Positions 27,870 to 41,922 of a DNA stretch of 64,000 nucleotides are shown here, piece after piece. The notes under the pieces are model-generated. The model did not search any database and was not told the origin of the DNA. It worked only from the letters and a program-made list of their open reading frames with translations. The stretch is taken from contig NC_045697.1 in assembly GCF_009834535.1 (NCBI RefSeq), positions 62,932,001 to 62,996,000 of the forward strand, given 5' to 3'. Source of the stretch: Camelus ferus (Eukaryota). Position numbers and translations under genes: made by a program. Numbering within the stretch: position 1 is the first letter of the stretch; each line of letters opens with the position of its first letter.

Positions 27870-28290
27870 GACCAGTAAGCTCCAAACACATTGACCTAGT
27901 TCCTGTTCTTACTTAGGCACATAGCAGACTTGTTTCCACCTTAGAGTCTGTAAATTTGCTGTAGCTGGCTCCTCCTTGTCATTCAGACCTCAAATTAAAT
28001 ACACTTTCAAAGAGTCCTTTCCTCTCACACCCAAACCAAAGTCACCCAATCATGCCCTAATATTTTGCTTTCTTGACCTCATAGCATTTCATGAAATCAT
28101 CTTATGTGTTTATTTACTCATTTCTTATCTCTCTGCTTTCCTGCCCTACCCCATTCTTCTGACTAGAAAGTAAACTCCAGGAAAGCAAGAGTCCTACCTC
28201 CCTTGTCCACTGTTTTATCTCCAATCTGGTCTTAGAATAGTAATTGACAAATCCTAGGTGTTCAGTAAATATGTATTGAGTAGTTGGAAA
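27870..28290 (+). mobile_element. LINE-2 3' end
   Basis: ACTAGAAAGTAAACTCCAGGAAAGCAAGA...CCTAGGTGTTCAGTAAATATGTATTGAGT. Confidence 0.75.
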
Positions 28291-28487
28291 CATGTTTCTT
28301 CTTAACAGATGTTATGTTTAGAAAATAAAGCTAGCTGTATTCTGGCAAATGCCAAAAAAAATGTGATTCACGTTTTTCACTACTTACTTATGTTAGAAAG
28401 GGTAATTTGAAGTTCTACATATTTAGTTGCACAGTTAGAGAAATTTATATATTTATTGATTTAGCAATTTAGCTTTAGTGCGTATTA

Positions 28488-28745
28488 ATAACAATAGATA
28501 CCATATACTGACTACTTGTTTAGGTACTGTGCTGAACACTCGCATGCCCTCTTATTTAATTCCTTTGTACACCCAGTGATAGTACAGGCTGTAACTATTG
28601 TCATTTTATGTATGTGGAAGCTGAGGACTCGCGAGGTAACTAGCTCACCCAAAGTTGCTCTGCTGATTAAACGTGAAGCATGGATTTGATGCCAGTTCTG
28701 TAGAATCTGCAAAACCAGTGATCTCAATCACTACGTGTATGGCCT
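28488..28745 (-). mobile_element. MIR SINE
   Basis: TAGGTACTGTGCT...GGAAGCTGAGG...CTCACCCAAAGTT...GGATTTGA...CTCAATCACTA. Confidence 0.75.
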
Positions 28746-31239
28746 CTTCTTGGATGTTATGCCTGTATTTCTTTCCCTTATTTACACAATAGGGCCATAT
28801 TTTTAAATTTTTCATAAGATGTGCCCTCTATTTAAGCAACAGGGTATATGATCCCTCCCACTACCCCTCCAATTTTAGTTTTGGTTATTGTTTTGTTTTG
28901 TTAAGGTAGAGATGTGCAGTATCTAAACATACCTTTTTTTCTTTTAACCAAGGCGAGGATAGTTTGTGACTATAGAATGCGAAAGGAAGTAATTCAGATG
29001 GTGACTCTGTTTCTTTGATGGCAGTAGAATGCTGCCTAAGCAGCCAACATTCCCTGATAAACTCTGTCTGGTATATTACATTATCCTATGGGAAAATGTT
29101 CTAAGAATTTGGAGGCAGGCTTTCTGATGTTGTAAATAGTGTACTTATCAACTGGTAGCTTAATTCGTACAGAGTTATGTGCTTAACCCATTCAAGGAAT
29201 TAATAAGGGCAGAGTCCATCCTGTGCTTGATTTTACTTCAAAATGTATTTATTTTGGTTAAGACATTAGAAGAACTAACACAGTATCCACCATATGAGTA
29301 AGGTCTCAGCTGAAGGAAGTCAATCATAATGACAAAGAGAAAGAAATAGGAGCGGGAGGAATGGTATCAAGGAGAAGAAAGAGGAGTAGCAGAAGGAAGA
29401 GAAGACCATAAGCTATTGAAAGTATACAAAACAAAGAAATATTTTATTTATTCTTAAAAACAGTTGCTTCACTTATTTTATGTCAAGGAGTCCTTTCCTC
29501 TGAAAAGCATTATATAGAGGTATTTGTATACCTCTGCTATATATTCTGCAAAAAAATCAAATACTTGCAGTTACCTGAATTAAACACCTATAATGCCTTA
29601 AATTTTTTAAGTTAAGGAATAAGAAAAACACCTTTAGTGAGCGATGTCTCCCCAAAATGTTAGGTATACTGATAAGATTCTACAGGTTTTGTAGAGTGCT
29701 AAATAGAACAACATTTAGGGCCATAAATTCATGCAGATTGTTGAGGCATAACTTGCTATTGCCCTGGAGATATAAAACCACTCTCATTTTTAATTTATTT
29801 TTGTTAATGAACATATTTTTAATATTCTATATGCTTCAGCACTTATGTTTTCCTTTAAAAAATATTTTTCAAGAAGTAGTTAATCATCTAGGCTCTAGGC
29901 ATACTTTTCGTAGGAGAACTGAACATTAACACAGTGAGCATAGATGTACCTTCATTAGAAGAAAAATATCAAAGTGAACAGATAACAGAAGAATCAGTCT
30001 CATGCCCTGAATTGGAAGAGCAGGTGAGTCATATTATTGCAAATAATATATTAATAAATGTCCAGATACATTAATGTCCATATAAATAGCATTAATCTGG
30101 ACATTATAATATAAGAAAAAAGTGAAATTTTTTGTGGGTAACTAATGCTTTATCTGTATGATCTGATTTTATCAGGCTGTGGTATTCTTAAAAGATCTAA
30201 GTTAATGCATAATCCTTAAAATTTTAGATATGAATCGCATTTAAGCAGATGCTCATTGTTTATAGTTGATGCTCATATATAAAACATATAGACTTTTAGA
30301 GATTTTATAACTTGACATCAAAATGTCAAAAAGTTCAAACACCTATCTTTCTTTAGATGAATCTTAAGGAGAAGGAATTTCCCAAGTGTGTGCTTGCTCT
30401 AAGCAATCAGTAACACCCTGACCTATATTTTGAGGCTGTTGTTTTATGCAGGATATGAACAAAAACAGAACTGCCTCAAAAAAAATTATGACGTATAAAA
30501 ATATTGAGTGAAATATGCACATTAGCATCACCATTTGAGTACAGGAAAAATTGATTCAATTTAAACTTGATAATTGTCTGCTTCTAATTTGTGTCCCCCA
30601 AGTAGCAGCCCCAGGGTTTGCACCAAATGTATAATTTAAACAACTTTTCCAACATACAATGCTTCTGCAAAACAGTACATTATCTTCTCCATTTAGGCAT
30701 TTTACTTGAACATAGGATTTCAAAACCAAAAACTTAATGTTTTGATGTAAGCAACTAAATACAAAATTAAATAAATTACAAATTGACCAGAAAATTGTGT
30801 TTTTCCTCACCTATCGAGCCTCAAGAAAAAAGAGAAATTACAGAACTGTAATATTTTATTTTTATTGTTCCCAATAATATGTATCCACAGTGTTATTTTC
30901 CATGAGCAGAGATTCTCAAATATATAAGTGGCATAAATATTTTCCATATTGTCCATATGAATCTGGAAGAACATTTAAGACTTCTGAGTGGTCCATTGCA
31001 TCTTATTTTAAATTAGTAGTAAATAAAAATAAAAAAATATAATGTACAAAGTTTCATACATTTAATGTTTATTTAAATAATACTTCCAAATACAAGGTTA
31101 TTTGAATACTAGAAAATTAACAAATATTTATTAAACACAAAGAATAAAATAATCTTTTTGCTGCCATTTGCCTAACGAAGTTTATCTAGTGAAACAAGAT
31201 AATTTTTAGAACTCAGGCCAGACACTAACATTTGATAGA

Positions 31240-31560
31240 ATTCCTTCCCTGATAACAGCCCTTAAATCTGGATTATTCATACCTATTTTAAATCATACAA
31301 AACATTCCATTTTGCACTTGCTATGCCCTTTTCACAAAGTTTAGTAACTGCTTATTTATTTGTCTTTTCTATTAGATCCTCAGCTCTTTGTACTGTAACT
31401 TTTGTTTCTCTGTCTCCGTGCTTTCGCACTCTGCCTAGCACATTGCCAAGGTTTAATTAAAGTTTGTGAATATTTCACTATTCACCTTTGTATCTAGCTG
31501 CTGGCACATAGTAGACACTCAATAAATATTTGTGGACTGAATGAATAAATGAATGAATGC
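31240..31560 (+). mobile_element. LINE-2 3' end(s)
   Basis: CTGGCACATAGTAGACACTCAATAAATATTTGTGGACTGAATGAATAAATGAATGAATG. Confidence 0.8.
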
Positions 31561-31799
31561 CATCTGCTTTTAGAATTACTGTGAAGACACATTTCTCAAT
31601 TACCACATGCCTCATAAATACTGAGATTAATTAGGAAAAAAATCCCATACAAAATCTTTTAAAAATGTGTATAAAATGACAAGAATTGTTTTTGTTGTCC
31701 AGGATAGTCAGTGAAGGTCATGTTGAAGCCCTTTCTGTCCCCTGATTTATTTCTTGTGTGTGCTTCTGTCATTGAATTGATGACTTGATACTTTTATTC

Positions 31800-32975
31800 A
31801 TGATTTATTCTTCATTTAACAAATACTTACTGAGGGTCACTCTATGCAAGGCATTCCTCTAGAGACAGGGTGGCAGAGGGTAGGGAAGAAACATCCCTGT
31901 CCTCATTATCTTTTATTATTCTGGGGAGGGGAACAGACAGTAAATAAGAATACATATAATACACATTGGTTTAGAGATAAATACTAAGGAGAAATAAAGC
32001 AGACAAGGGGCCCAGAAGTGGATCTGAGCATGTGTGAGGTGTGGAATTACTGTTTTAGACAAAATGGCCAGAGAAGGTGTCATTGAAGTGACATTTGAGC
32101 TAGTCTGAAAGAAAGTAAGGAAGTTCTCCTGCATGCATCCAGGAAGAGAATGCACAGAGACAAATGCAACAGAAAAACAGTAGTGGTGGTACAGGATCAA
32201 GATTGGGGGCAGAGGTTATGACATGCAAGGCCTTAGACCATTCTTTTACTCTCAGTGAGATGGGATGTCATCGTAGGATTTTGAGCAGAACAGTGGCATG
32301 ATCTGACTTTGATTTTAACATGCTAGTTCTGTTTTGAGGCTATACTGTGAGGGACAGAGGTAGATGTAGAGATTAGTTAGAAAGCTGTCACAGTAACCTG
32401 GGTGAAAGATGATGGTAGCTTAAACTAGGTCATAGCAAGTGAAAGTTTGGAGAAGTGGCTGAATACTCTGTCATGTGACAATAAAGCCAACAGGATTTAC
32501 TGACAAACTAGATATGCATTGTAAGAGAAAAAGAGAAACTAGAAATGACTCGAAGGTCTTCAACACAAACAACTGCAAGAGTAGACGTTGCCATTGACTA
32601 CGATGGGGAAGACTGTATACAGAGAGGTTTCAGAAGAATTCAGAAGCTTTGTATATTTTTAAGTTTGAGATGCTTCTATGAAAAAGCAGAGATGACAAGT
32701 AGGCAGTTAGGCATGAATTAGGAGGTCAGGGCTAGAGATACAAATGTGGTTGTTATAAGCATTCAGATGGTAATAAACCTCTGAGCCTCAATGAGCTCAT
32801 CAAAGAAGTGAGCTAAATAGAAAACAGAAGTTTAAATCTTGAGTCTTGGAACACTCCAGATGCAGGAGTCATGTAAGTGATTTGAATCCAGCGAAGGAGA
32901 CTGAGAATGCATAAGGAAAAAGGAATAAAAACAGGATGGTGTCCCAGAAGCCAAATGGAAGAAATAGCTCAAATA
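31800..32975 (-). mobile_element. Long LINE-2 fragment
   Basis: CATTTAACAAATACTTACTGAG, GATTTTGAGCAGAACAGTGGCATGATCTGACTT, AAGTTTGAGATGCTTCT and GGATGGTGTCCCAGAAGCCAA. Confidence 0.85.
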
Positions 32976-33082
32976 GAATTACTAAAATTATCATGTTAAT
33001 TTATGATTTAGTCATTTTGACTCTTCTCTTTCCTCACCATCTGCATCCAATCTTCAGTACTCCTTTGGTTCTTTCTACAAAA

Positions 33083-33794
33083 TGTATTAAAGTAAGTGTG
33101 TATCTCACTAGAAAGGCAGAATCAATATGAGTAATATGGGATAAGGATTCATTACAGGGACCAGACTGTATGCAGCTGTGGGAGCTGACAGAAGGCGATG
33201 GAAGCCTGTTGCCACTGCTCCAACGGTGGGCTTAAAGTCACTAAGATCAGCAGAACTGGCATTTGGGATGAAAAGCTGGGTAGACTGGTAGCCAGCTGGG
33301 ACAAACTAGAATCCTCAGGATAAATTAGACTTCCAAGAGACAGTCTCTACCTACATCAACTGGGACAAACTGGATAAAGTGGTTCCCCAAAAGACAGTCT
33401 CTACCTATATCTGTTTCTCACCACCTCCAACTTCTACACTACAAGGGATATGCAGATAGTGATCTGCAGAAAGACGCTTCACAAAAGAGCCTCCCACGAA
33501 CCTGTACACACACAGTGTGAGAGGATAAAGGAGGTCTGGCAGGAGCTGAGGGATCTGCACGCGCAACTGCTGCCCCAAACCAAACAAGGTGAGCCTGCAG
33601 GTCAACAAGGAGCATGAGCTGACACAGTGCCTGGTTTCCTACACTGTCCTTCAGCATGTAATACAGCTGCTGCTGCCTTTCTTCCTTCCAGATCTCATGA
33701 AGGCTTCTCTTTTGGCCAACCTTAAAGCAGAACCGTATCGGGAAGGGAATTCTAGGAAACACAATTCCAGTTTTAGCTATATCAACACAGTACA
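33083..33794 (-). mobile_element. ERVL-class solo LTR (LTR52/MLT2E-F-like)
   Basis: The minus strand starts TGTACTGTGTTGATATAGCTAAAACTGGAATTGTGTTTCCTAGAATTCCCTTCCC, and the element has TG...CA termini. Confidence 0.6.
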
Positions 33795-34689
33795 AAGTCA
33801 CTCCAATCCAAAATCTACCAAAGTAAAATGAGGACTGAGAGTTAACTAAAGTAATCATTTGTTATAACATGTCTATTACTGGACGGTTATTTCCTTGAAA
33901 GCAAGGAGTAACTGGTTTTATACTCTTTTTAGTTCACAGTACATTGTATTCTAATTATTTGTTACTATGACTGTCTCAATTGCAAGAATTTCCCCCCAAT
34001 TTTGATATCCCTAATATTTAGCTTGTCTACTATCTGCCATACAAATTTTCTGAATGACTAAAATCCCTTTACATTTACTTTCCTATGATTCTAAGCAATG
34101 ATGTTTTGTAGATATTAAAGAACACAAGATTGGTGAGAAATTAGCAGTTAATCTGGATTTTCAAATTATTCTCATGTGTCGTGTTAGTGAAATGCTTCTT
34201 CAGTATGCTTCAACTCATGCTCAGCCTGTCACTTTTAGTTTGGTTTTCTAGAAAAAAAAAAGTATCACTTGTTGACACATGGCTACATAAATGATTATGA
34301 TTCACTTATCTAGGAATTCTTTCCAACTAGGACTACCGGTGGAGTTACTTCATAATGAGTTTTGTTTTTCTTCCCTTTTATTTTTATCCTTTTGGATTAT
34401 TGTTCACTGTTTACTTCCTATGATTCAGCCTTGTGCCAGAAACACCTGATGACTAAAATCCCTTGTTATTTTTCAGAGATGTGATATTCTGTTCACTGGA
34501 GCTTTCATCCATGAACATGCCACAATATATGGAAAAGGAGAAAACTAATTAATTAATAACTGTTAATGAATCCAAAAGATAAAAATGGTGATCCAAAGTA
34601 TCATATCTCATTCCCAACATCATTTAAAGCTCCAGGGGACAGTTGGATTTATTCTGGGGTTTTCTGTATCTTTTTACAGTCTTGACCTT

Positions 34690-35035
34690 TGCTATGGTTT
34701 GAATGTTTGCGCTCTCCCAAAACTCTTATGTCCCAATGCCCTATGTAATAGTATCAGGAGTTGGGGGATGCTTAGGTAATGAGGGTCGACCCTCGCGAAT
34801 GGGATTAGTGTTCTTGGAAAAGAGACCCCCACAAAAATCCCCCCTCCTTCCAGCATGGGAGGACACAGGTAGAAGGTACCAGCTCTGAATCAGAAAGAGG
34901 GCCCGTATCAGAGCATGATCATACTGGTGCCCTGATCTTGGACTCCCCAGTCTCCAGAACTATGAAAAATAAATTTTTGTGGTTTATAAGCCACCTAGTC
35001 TATGGTATGTTATAATAGCCGAACAGACTAAGACA
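34690..35035 (+). mobile_element. MaLR solo LTR (MLT1A-like)
   Basis: TGCTATGGTTTGAATGTTTG...CTCCAGAACTATGAAAAATAAATTT...AAGCCACCTAGTCTATGGTA...GACTAAGACA. Flanks ACCTT and ACCTG form a 5-bp TSD with 1 mismatch. Confidence 0.88.
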
Positions 35036-35374
35036 ACCTGCTGAGCTGTTGCATCAAATCTCACCTCACTGCTTCCTGTGACTGAGTAGTACTTGGTTGA
35101 GTGGCCCCAGTGATGCCTCCAGCCTTCATTTTTAAAGTCAATTCAATAAAAGATGTCCAACGACTGAGAATAGTTTGGAGGAAAGCAAAGGCTCTTGAAG
35201 GAATAATGAACAATAAGGTTTCTCCATTATATACACTTTTCAGGAAATGATAAAGAGAAGAAATCTTTAGTAATATGCACCACCCCTCGTCTCCCTTAAT
35301 GACCCATTACTGGGCACTGAAGATGTAAGTAAATAAGTCATGAGCCCACCATTGGCTTATATTCTAATTGGAAA

Positions 35375-35684
35375 GTTTTCTCTCTCTGCTGGTAGAAGTT
35401 AAAGCTTTGAAGCATGTGGGTTCAAAGCTGCTGTTGCTGGCCTGGGGATGGAGGGAGCCACGCGTAAAAGAAACAGAGACGTCAGCTGTCTAACCGCAAG
35501 AAACTGAATTCTACCAACAACCAGAAAGAGCAGGGAAGCTGATTTCAGGCTTGTGACAATGAGCAGAGAACTAGCCACATCTTCCCAGAGTTCTGACCTA
35601 CAAAATCATGTTCTAATAAATTGCTATTTATTTTAAGCCGCTATGTTTGCAGTAATTTTGTCTGCAGCAGTAAAAATTAATACA
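35375..35684 (+). mobile_element. MaLR LTR 3' part (MLT1E-like)
   Basis: GAAACTGAATTCTACCAACAACC...TTCTGACCTACAAAA...TTTTAAGCCGCTATGTTTG...AAAATTAATACA. Confidence 0.75.
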
Positions 35685-36140
35685 GCTTGTCTCTGCTTCA
35701 CATGGCTGGCTGGAGTAGATAGATTTGGAGCTGGAGGATCTGCTACCAAAGTGGCTCACTTCCATGGCTGGCAAAGTGGTGCTGGTTGCATGTGAAGTCC
35801 GTCAGATAGTGCTGAGGCCTAAAGGCATCCGTTCCTCTTAATGTGGGCTTTTGCATGGGTTGTGTGGGTTCTCTACAGCAGGTGATTAGTTCTGAGAGCA
35901 ATAGTACCCAGAGAACAAGGATAAAGTAAAGAGTGATTTTATGACCTAGCCTAGGAAATTTTACAGCATCTTTTTCACTATATTCTAGTAGTGGAGACAG
36001 TCACAAAAGTCTGCTCAGGTCAAGCCGAAGGGACATAATCCTTACCACTCCATCACAACAGTTTCAACATCTCATTATAAGAAGTGTATATAAATGAGAA
36101 GGGATATTTTATAACAGCTGTATTTGAAACACACAATTAC
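35685..36140 (-). mobile_element. MaLR LTR fragment (MLT1H/G-like)
   Basis: GCTGGAGGATCTGC...TGGCTCACTTCCATGGCTGGCAA and TTTTATGACCTAGCCTAGGAA are typical antisense MLT1H-group motifs. Confidence 0.65.
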
Positions 36141-39100
36141 ATAGTGATATAATAACTCACTCCTTTCTCAGTATGCATTTTGTTTTGTTAAAATGTTAAC
36201 ATTTGAAGGAAAGTTGTAAGTGATGACAGTACAAAGAAAAGCATTGTTGCACCCCAAAGATAAGTTAGGGATGTGAATGTGTTTGGATGTATAATACATA
36301 CATACACATAATAAGTCCCATAATGACAAATGTTTAGAACACAATGCTATCTTTAACTTAAATTTCTAGAAAACATTCCAGATGTTGAAGATGGAGAGTG
36401 AAAAAAAAAAAAAAACAACTAAGATCTATTTGAATGTAAATGTGTTATTTTAGGCTTGGTTAATATGTTAACTTGAATTATGCTATCATTGATTTCTTGA
36501 ACACTTATTCACTATGTAACAATTAATATATAGCAATATATAGCATTAGCCATAGTTACATTTCCTATATTGTATATTTTGGTTTGTAGTTTATATAAAT
36601 GCTCTGAAACCAGGAAAACTATTATTCACCAGATATAAAATTTAGACAACTTTTCCATTACAGAATTAAGTATCTTATTTAAGTTTTTTTCCAAGAAAGC
36701 AAATAAAATTCAATATCATTTTTATTTACAGAATATAATAGTAAGTAAAAATAAAGCAATACATTAGTCCTTAACAGATCTAGACTGAATAGAAATATAC
36801 AAATTATTCCTCTTCATCTTCTACATTTGGATGATTAAAAAATAATTGAATCTCATTACTGTGTGAACCAGACATAAGGAAAACACAATTCAATTTATGA
36901 TAGCATATGCATTTCTTACTGAAGTTAAAATTATGGTCAGCAATGTATAGATTTGGCAAAATAAAAATGACTTCCATGTTGTATGACTTCCTAAGTTTAG
37001 AATTTCACAATATAAGAGAAGCTTTATATAAATGACAAAGACTAGAAAATGCATTTTTCACATTTTAATTACAATTCACATGTCTGTATCTCCTGCTGTG
37101 ATGTTTTGTTAAAAAGAGATCTCATTTGTGAAACTGCCAGTATAGAAACTGACAGATGGCAAGACCAGTTTCCAACCTGCTTAAGTACTGGTTTAATATG
37201 GTTTAGATTATTTTATTAGCCTTGTCTATTTTTGCTATATATCTAAATAGTATAAGAGTACTATTACAATTTTATTATAGTTCTTCTATTGTTATAATTA
37301 GATCTATTTATATGATTTATGCATAGATTTATTGTTACAGTTTCAGATTTCAATCAGTATACTATTTTAGAGATGACTTAACTGATGATTTCTCTCAAAA
37401 ATCTGTCCTGTTCTATTTATTTTAATGAAATGCCTACAAACACATAGATGCCTGGGGACAGTCATACTAGAACAGCTCCAATGCCCAATGGAAAAGTCAC
37501 TTTGATAAATGTGACTCAGGCATCAACAAATGAACCAATTTATTGGGTTAAATATTTCTTTTAATATTGCAACCGGAACAAAACAAGTATTCAAAGATGA
37601 AAATCACCTCATATGAAGGTGAGAAATCTTGAGATCATTTTCCATAAGACCTCATCAATCACATTTGGAAATAGATACAAAGATAAGGAAATTATAGAAA
37701 AGGAAAAGTTTCTACTGGTGAACCTGCTTATAAGGACTCCTTTGGTTTTATGTTGATAAATATCAATTTTAATACAGTTTGTCTCCCTTAAATGAGAGAG
37801 AGGTGTAAATTCAGAGAACATCAGTGTTGATGCCAGTTCTTTCCTTCTGCCACCTCAACTTTTTTGAGTTCTCTAGACTTGAGTTCTCTAGATATTCTCC
37901 CCTGGAAACTGAGGATTTCCTCAGTTTCAGAGTAAGCGATGCCTCTCCACACCCTTTGCTTTCCATCCCATCAGCCCATCAAATGGTCTCAGAATTAGAT
38001 CACATTGTAAACCTGGGACATGGTAGCCCAGTGACAAGGGCCGTGGCTTACTTTCACCTTAATCGTCTTGCTACCACCGTGTCTGCCCCACAGGACAAAT
38101 CCTTTGTGTCTGTGTAGTTCCCAGATCAAAGACAGCTCCTGCAGTGAGTATTTTGACCCAGTCATCTGGGCTTAGCTTCTGGCGAGGATTCCTCTCTGAA
38201 ATCCTGGCAGTTGACCTGCCTGTCCTTTTAGTTTCCTCCACAGAGCAAGGGCAAGGATAGATCCTGCTGTTCTGCCACCAGGCAGAATTTCTGCTGCAAA
38301 AAGACAGTTTACCAAGGATAGTAGCCACTACCAGATTTCTGAAAAATAATTCTGTCTTAATTTTTCTTCTACTAGCGCCCTGTCTACCTGACAGTTTGCC
38401 CCAATTAAGAGAGTTTTCCATGTTAAAATAGAGTTTTTTCCTGCACTCTGTGGACCCTGCACTGCAGTTGAGTCTGTCCTCCCATCTCCTGTCCTATACT
38501 TTCTCATCAGTCCTTGATCTTGAATCCAGTGCATATTTCAGCCTCGATCTCCATAAAGGCTCCTGCTGCTCTAAGATGCCCATAATGCCACCTTAACTTT
38601 ATAACAGTTGTCACAAAAAGATATTTTCCATTTTAGTAATATGGAAAAAATCTAGAATGTTAGTATCATATTCATATTTTTTTCATTTCTTTTATACTAT
38701 TCGGCTAAAGCGAAGGGGAGAATTGGTTCTTCATTTAACTTTCTTCATTATGATTGAATAATCATGATAGAGTATGCAGTAAATCAAAGGATGATAAAAT
38801 AACTAGGACAGAAGAAAACACAACTTTTAAATTTGTTTTCTGATACTTCACCTACAAACGTTTTGCAAATGTTTTAAGGGTAATTTATTTTCTAAAATAT
38901 CTTATGACTTTTATTATAGTAATAGGGTTGGAAAGAAAAATTATCTCCGTTCCTTCCCTAGACACTAATTTTACTTTTTAGGTACCACTACTGAAGAATT
39001 TCTAATTTGGCTCATCATTTCAGTGGGAATTCAGTGCACATAAGGGGCACATATGTAATTGGCAACCTAATTTTTCTGCTTTCATCAGATGGTACAATGC

Positions 39101-41922
39101 CAAATCTTCATTGAACTTGCCAGTTAAATGCACTTGGGAACCAAACAGCAGCAAGCGTAAAAGATGAAAATGAACAAATTGGAAAGAGTCATTAACTTTC
39201 TGTTTTCCTATCACAACAAAAATTGTATCATGGAAAGTGTAGCAAAGTGGCAAATTCTACTTGAAACATTAAACATCTTAAAAGAGACTAATTCATTTAT
39301 TTAACTTCTAAAATGTAGCTCATTATAATTTATAAATGGGTTTTTAGTACAGGTTTAAAAAAATACAAAATAGTTAAAATGAATCAACTTTTCAGAAATG
39401 TGTTTTAGGTTATTTATTTTCATATGTCTTACTGGTCTAGTGTATATGAATTCTGGGCTTCATTCGACGAGCAAAATTGTTATAAAATTAAACGAGAAGT
39501 ATTGGCTTTATTTAATACCTTAATGAATAAAGGCAATTGACAGATTTTCATGGTTCTCACTAATTATGGAATGCAATTGAGAGTGTGAAAATTACAATCA
39601 GTTGTGGTTATCAAAAATGCCCTTGAAATATCTGGTCTAATGTATAATTTTGAGGAATGTAACATAGAGTCATTATTAAATTATCATTAGTGAAGACAAT
39701 CAAATCAATAGGAACTGAGGCAATAAAAGCACCAAACACTTGCCAAGTATGATTGAGCATCATCCTTAAAGGGGAAAAACTTTTTTCTTAAATGCTTATT
39801 TATAGTTCTTAAATAAACCACATATTTATTTGCTAAGTTCAAAAGTTCAGATCAGGAATAGCTCTTCTACAAAATTTACTTTTGCAGCAACAGCAGGATT
39901 CCTTTAGTCAGGACTTTTGGGAAAGCTTCCTAATTTTTTTCATCTTTAAATCTAAGTAGTTAGGACTTTTAAAATTCTTGCCTAACCCTAAAAATCCTGA
40001 ACATTTTGTAAACAGTTCTTGCGTTAGAAAAAGAAGGAGGGAGGTTGAAAGAAAAATGCCAGGGATTGTAGATCAGCTTATTTCATAATTCTCAAAAGCT
40101 CTAAAGAAACTATTAAGACTCTTAACTAAGCCAGGTATTCTGAATGGGAGGCAGTAGAGTAAGGCAGACAGGTTGAGTTGCAGCTGCATCATTTAATCTG
40201 TACATGACCTATGGTTAACTACGTGCCCTCTCCAAATCTGACTTTCCTGATGTATAAAATTGAAGAAATGATAAGCTTTTTCACCGGGCCCATACACATT
40301 AAATCTCAACATCTTTTGTTAGCATATCCCTTTAACAGTGCTTAATCAGGAACTATAATGTATGTGTATGTTATTGATATATGTGTCTGCTGGTTCCAAC
40401 TTTGCTCCCCTTTCTTCATGATAAGTTTAAGCCACTTTTAGTGGACTTTGATGGATTCTAAACTGTTTGTATGAGACATGGAAGAATTAGGGGAAAGGAA
40501 AATCAATAGTAAAGGCAAAATAAATGGAGAATATATAATGGGCCAGCATATACCAAAAACCTAAGGACATAGCAATGGTCACAGCTACTAATAGAGAGAT
40601 ATAAAAACTAAGTTGTCAACCCTAGCCTCTTAGATAATTCTTAACTTTCTTTTGTTACATTTATGAAGAAAGTTTCCCACAGTTGTCACCTTAAAGCAGG
40701 GTTGCCCCCATACCAAAATACACATTGACCACTAATATTCATTCAAAAAGTACATCTTTCTTTTACACTCAATATATTCACAATTCATAAGTCAGATTGT
40801 TACCAGATTGTTTACAATGCTCTCTCTCTCACACACACAAGCATAAAAGAAGCATAGGTTCTTGATTCCTGTAAGCTGTTTGCTAATACAGTAGTGCACC
40901 AGATCACAAAGATCCTATACTCTGGGCAGGAGGGCAGTTAGAGTGTAAGGGAGCTGATGGTAGGTGTACAAACTTGATATTGGGGATGCATTATCTATCT
41001 AGAAATGGTCCTACAAGCCACCAGAATTGGTTTAAAAAGTGTTTCCAACACACACACAGAATTAAATGCACTCCATCAGCTGTCTGGCCTGCTAAAGACA
41101 TAAATACACAGGAGCGGAGATAAAGAAGCGGATGGATGGGAGAGTTCAGGACCCATGGCAAACCTAAAAGGAAATGAGGCAGTGCAATAGGAGAGAAGAT
41201 CAGGGAAAATAAATTAGGTAAACCGCAGCACCATGCATCAGAAGTTTTCTCCATCACTAAAATGGCAAAATTTCTCCAGAGGGCCATCAGTCAAATGATG
41301 TCAAAACGGTAGCTGGTTCTGTTTGTAATTCCCGTGTTGTCGAGGACCTTACGTGTAGGAACACAAGTTCCCCATCAAGTCACAGTCCCAGTGCTTCTGT
41401 TATCTTACAGAAGAACTGACTGCTGTAAATATTTCCTGGGAGGTGTGATCTGCTTAGATAAAAGAAGCCAGGTTTCTTTCCTTGCGGCCTTTGAGGGAAA
41501 AGATGTGTCAGAATGTGAATAGGCTGGGTGAGAAGAAAAAGAGGAGAAAGGATCTCACAATTTCCTCCCTGGGAGGTAGAAGAGAATGAAGATAATAGCA
41601 TCTGGTTGGGAGAGAAAAGATACGGTGCATTTTCAGTATTGCCTCGGTCCCTTTGCAAAGCTTCAGATTCCCCTTCTTTTTCAGTCTTGACCTGCCAGTG
41701 CACTTGGACCCGACATACATTTGAGGATGGGCCGAGAAGAAAGCCAAGTCAGCACGGTCGGATACGGCTTCCCCTGAAAACGAAAACTCAGCTACGGGCC
41801 AGCCGTGGGTGTGCGCGCCTTAATGTATGAGTATGCGTGCGTGGTAACCCGCGGACGCAGTTGGCCGGGCGCCGCCCTAGGAACCACCCCCTCCCCAGCT
41901 TCACCCCTCCCCCCCGGGCCCT

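Noticed and set aside
31500..31853. Tail-to-tail L2 ends as a miR-28/miR-151-type hairpin precursor
   Set aside because: The ends are about 245 bp apart and diverged, too far apart for a pre-miRNA-sized hairpin.
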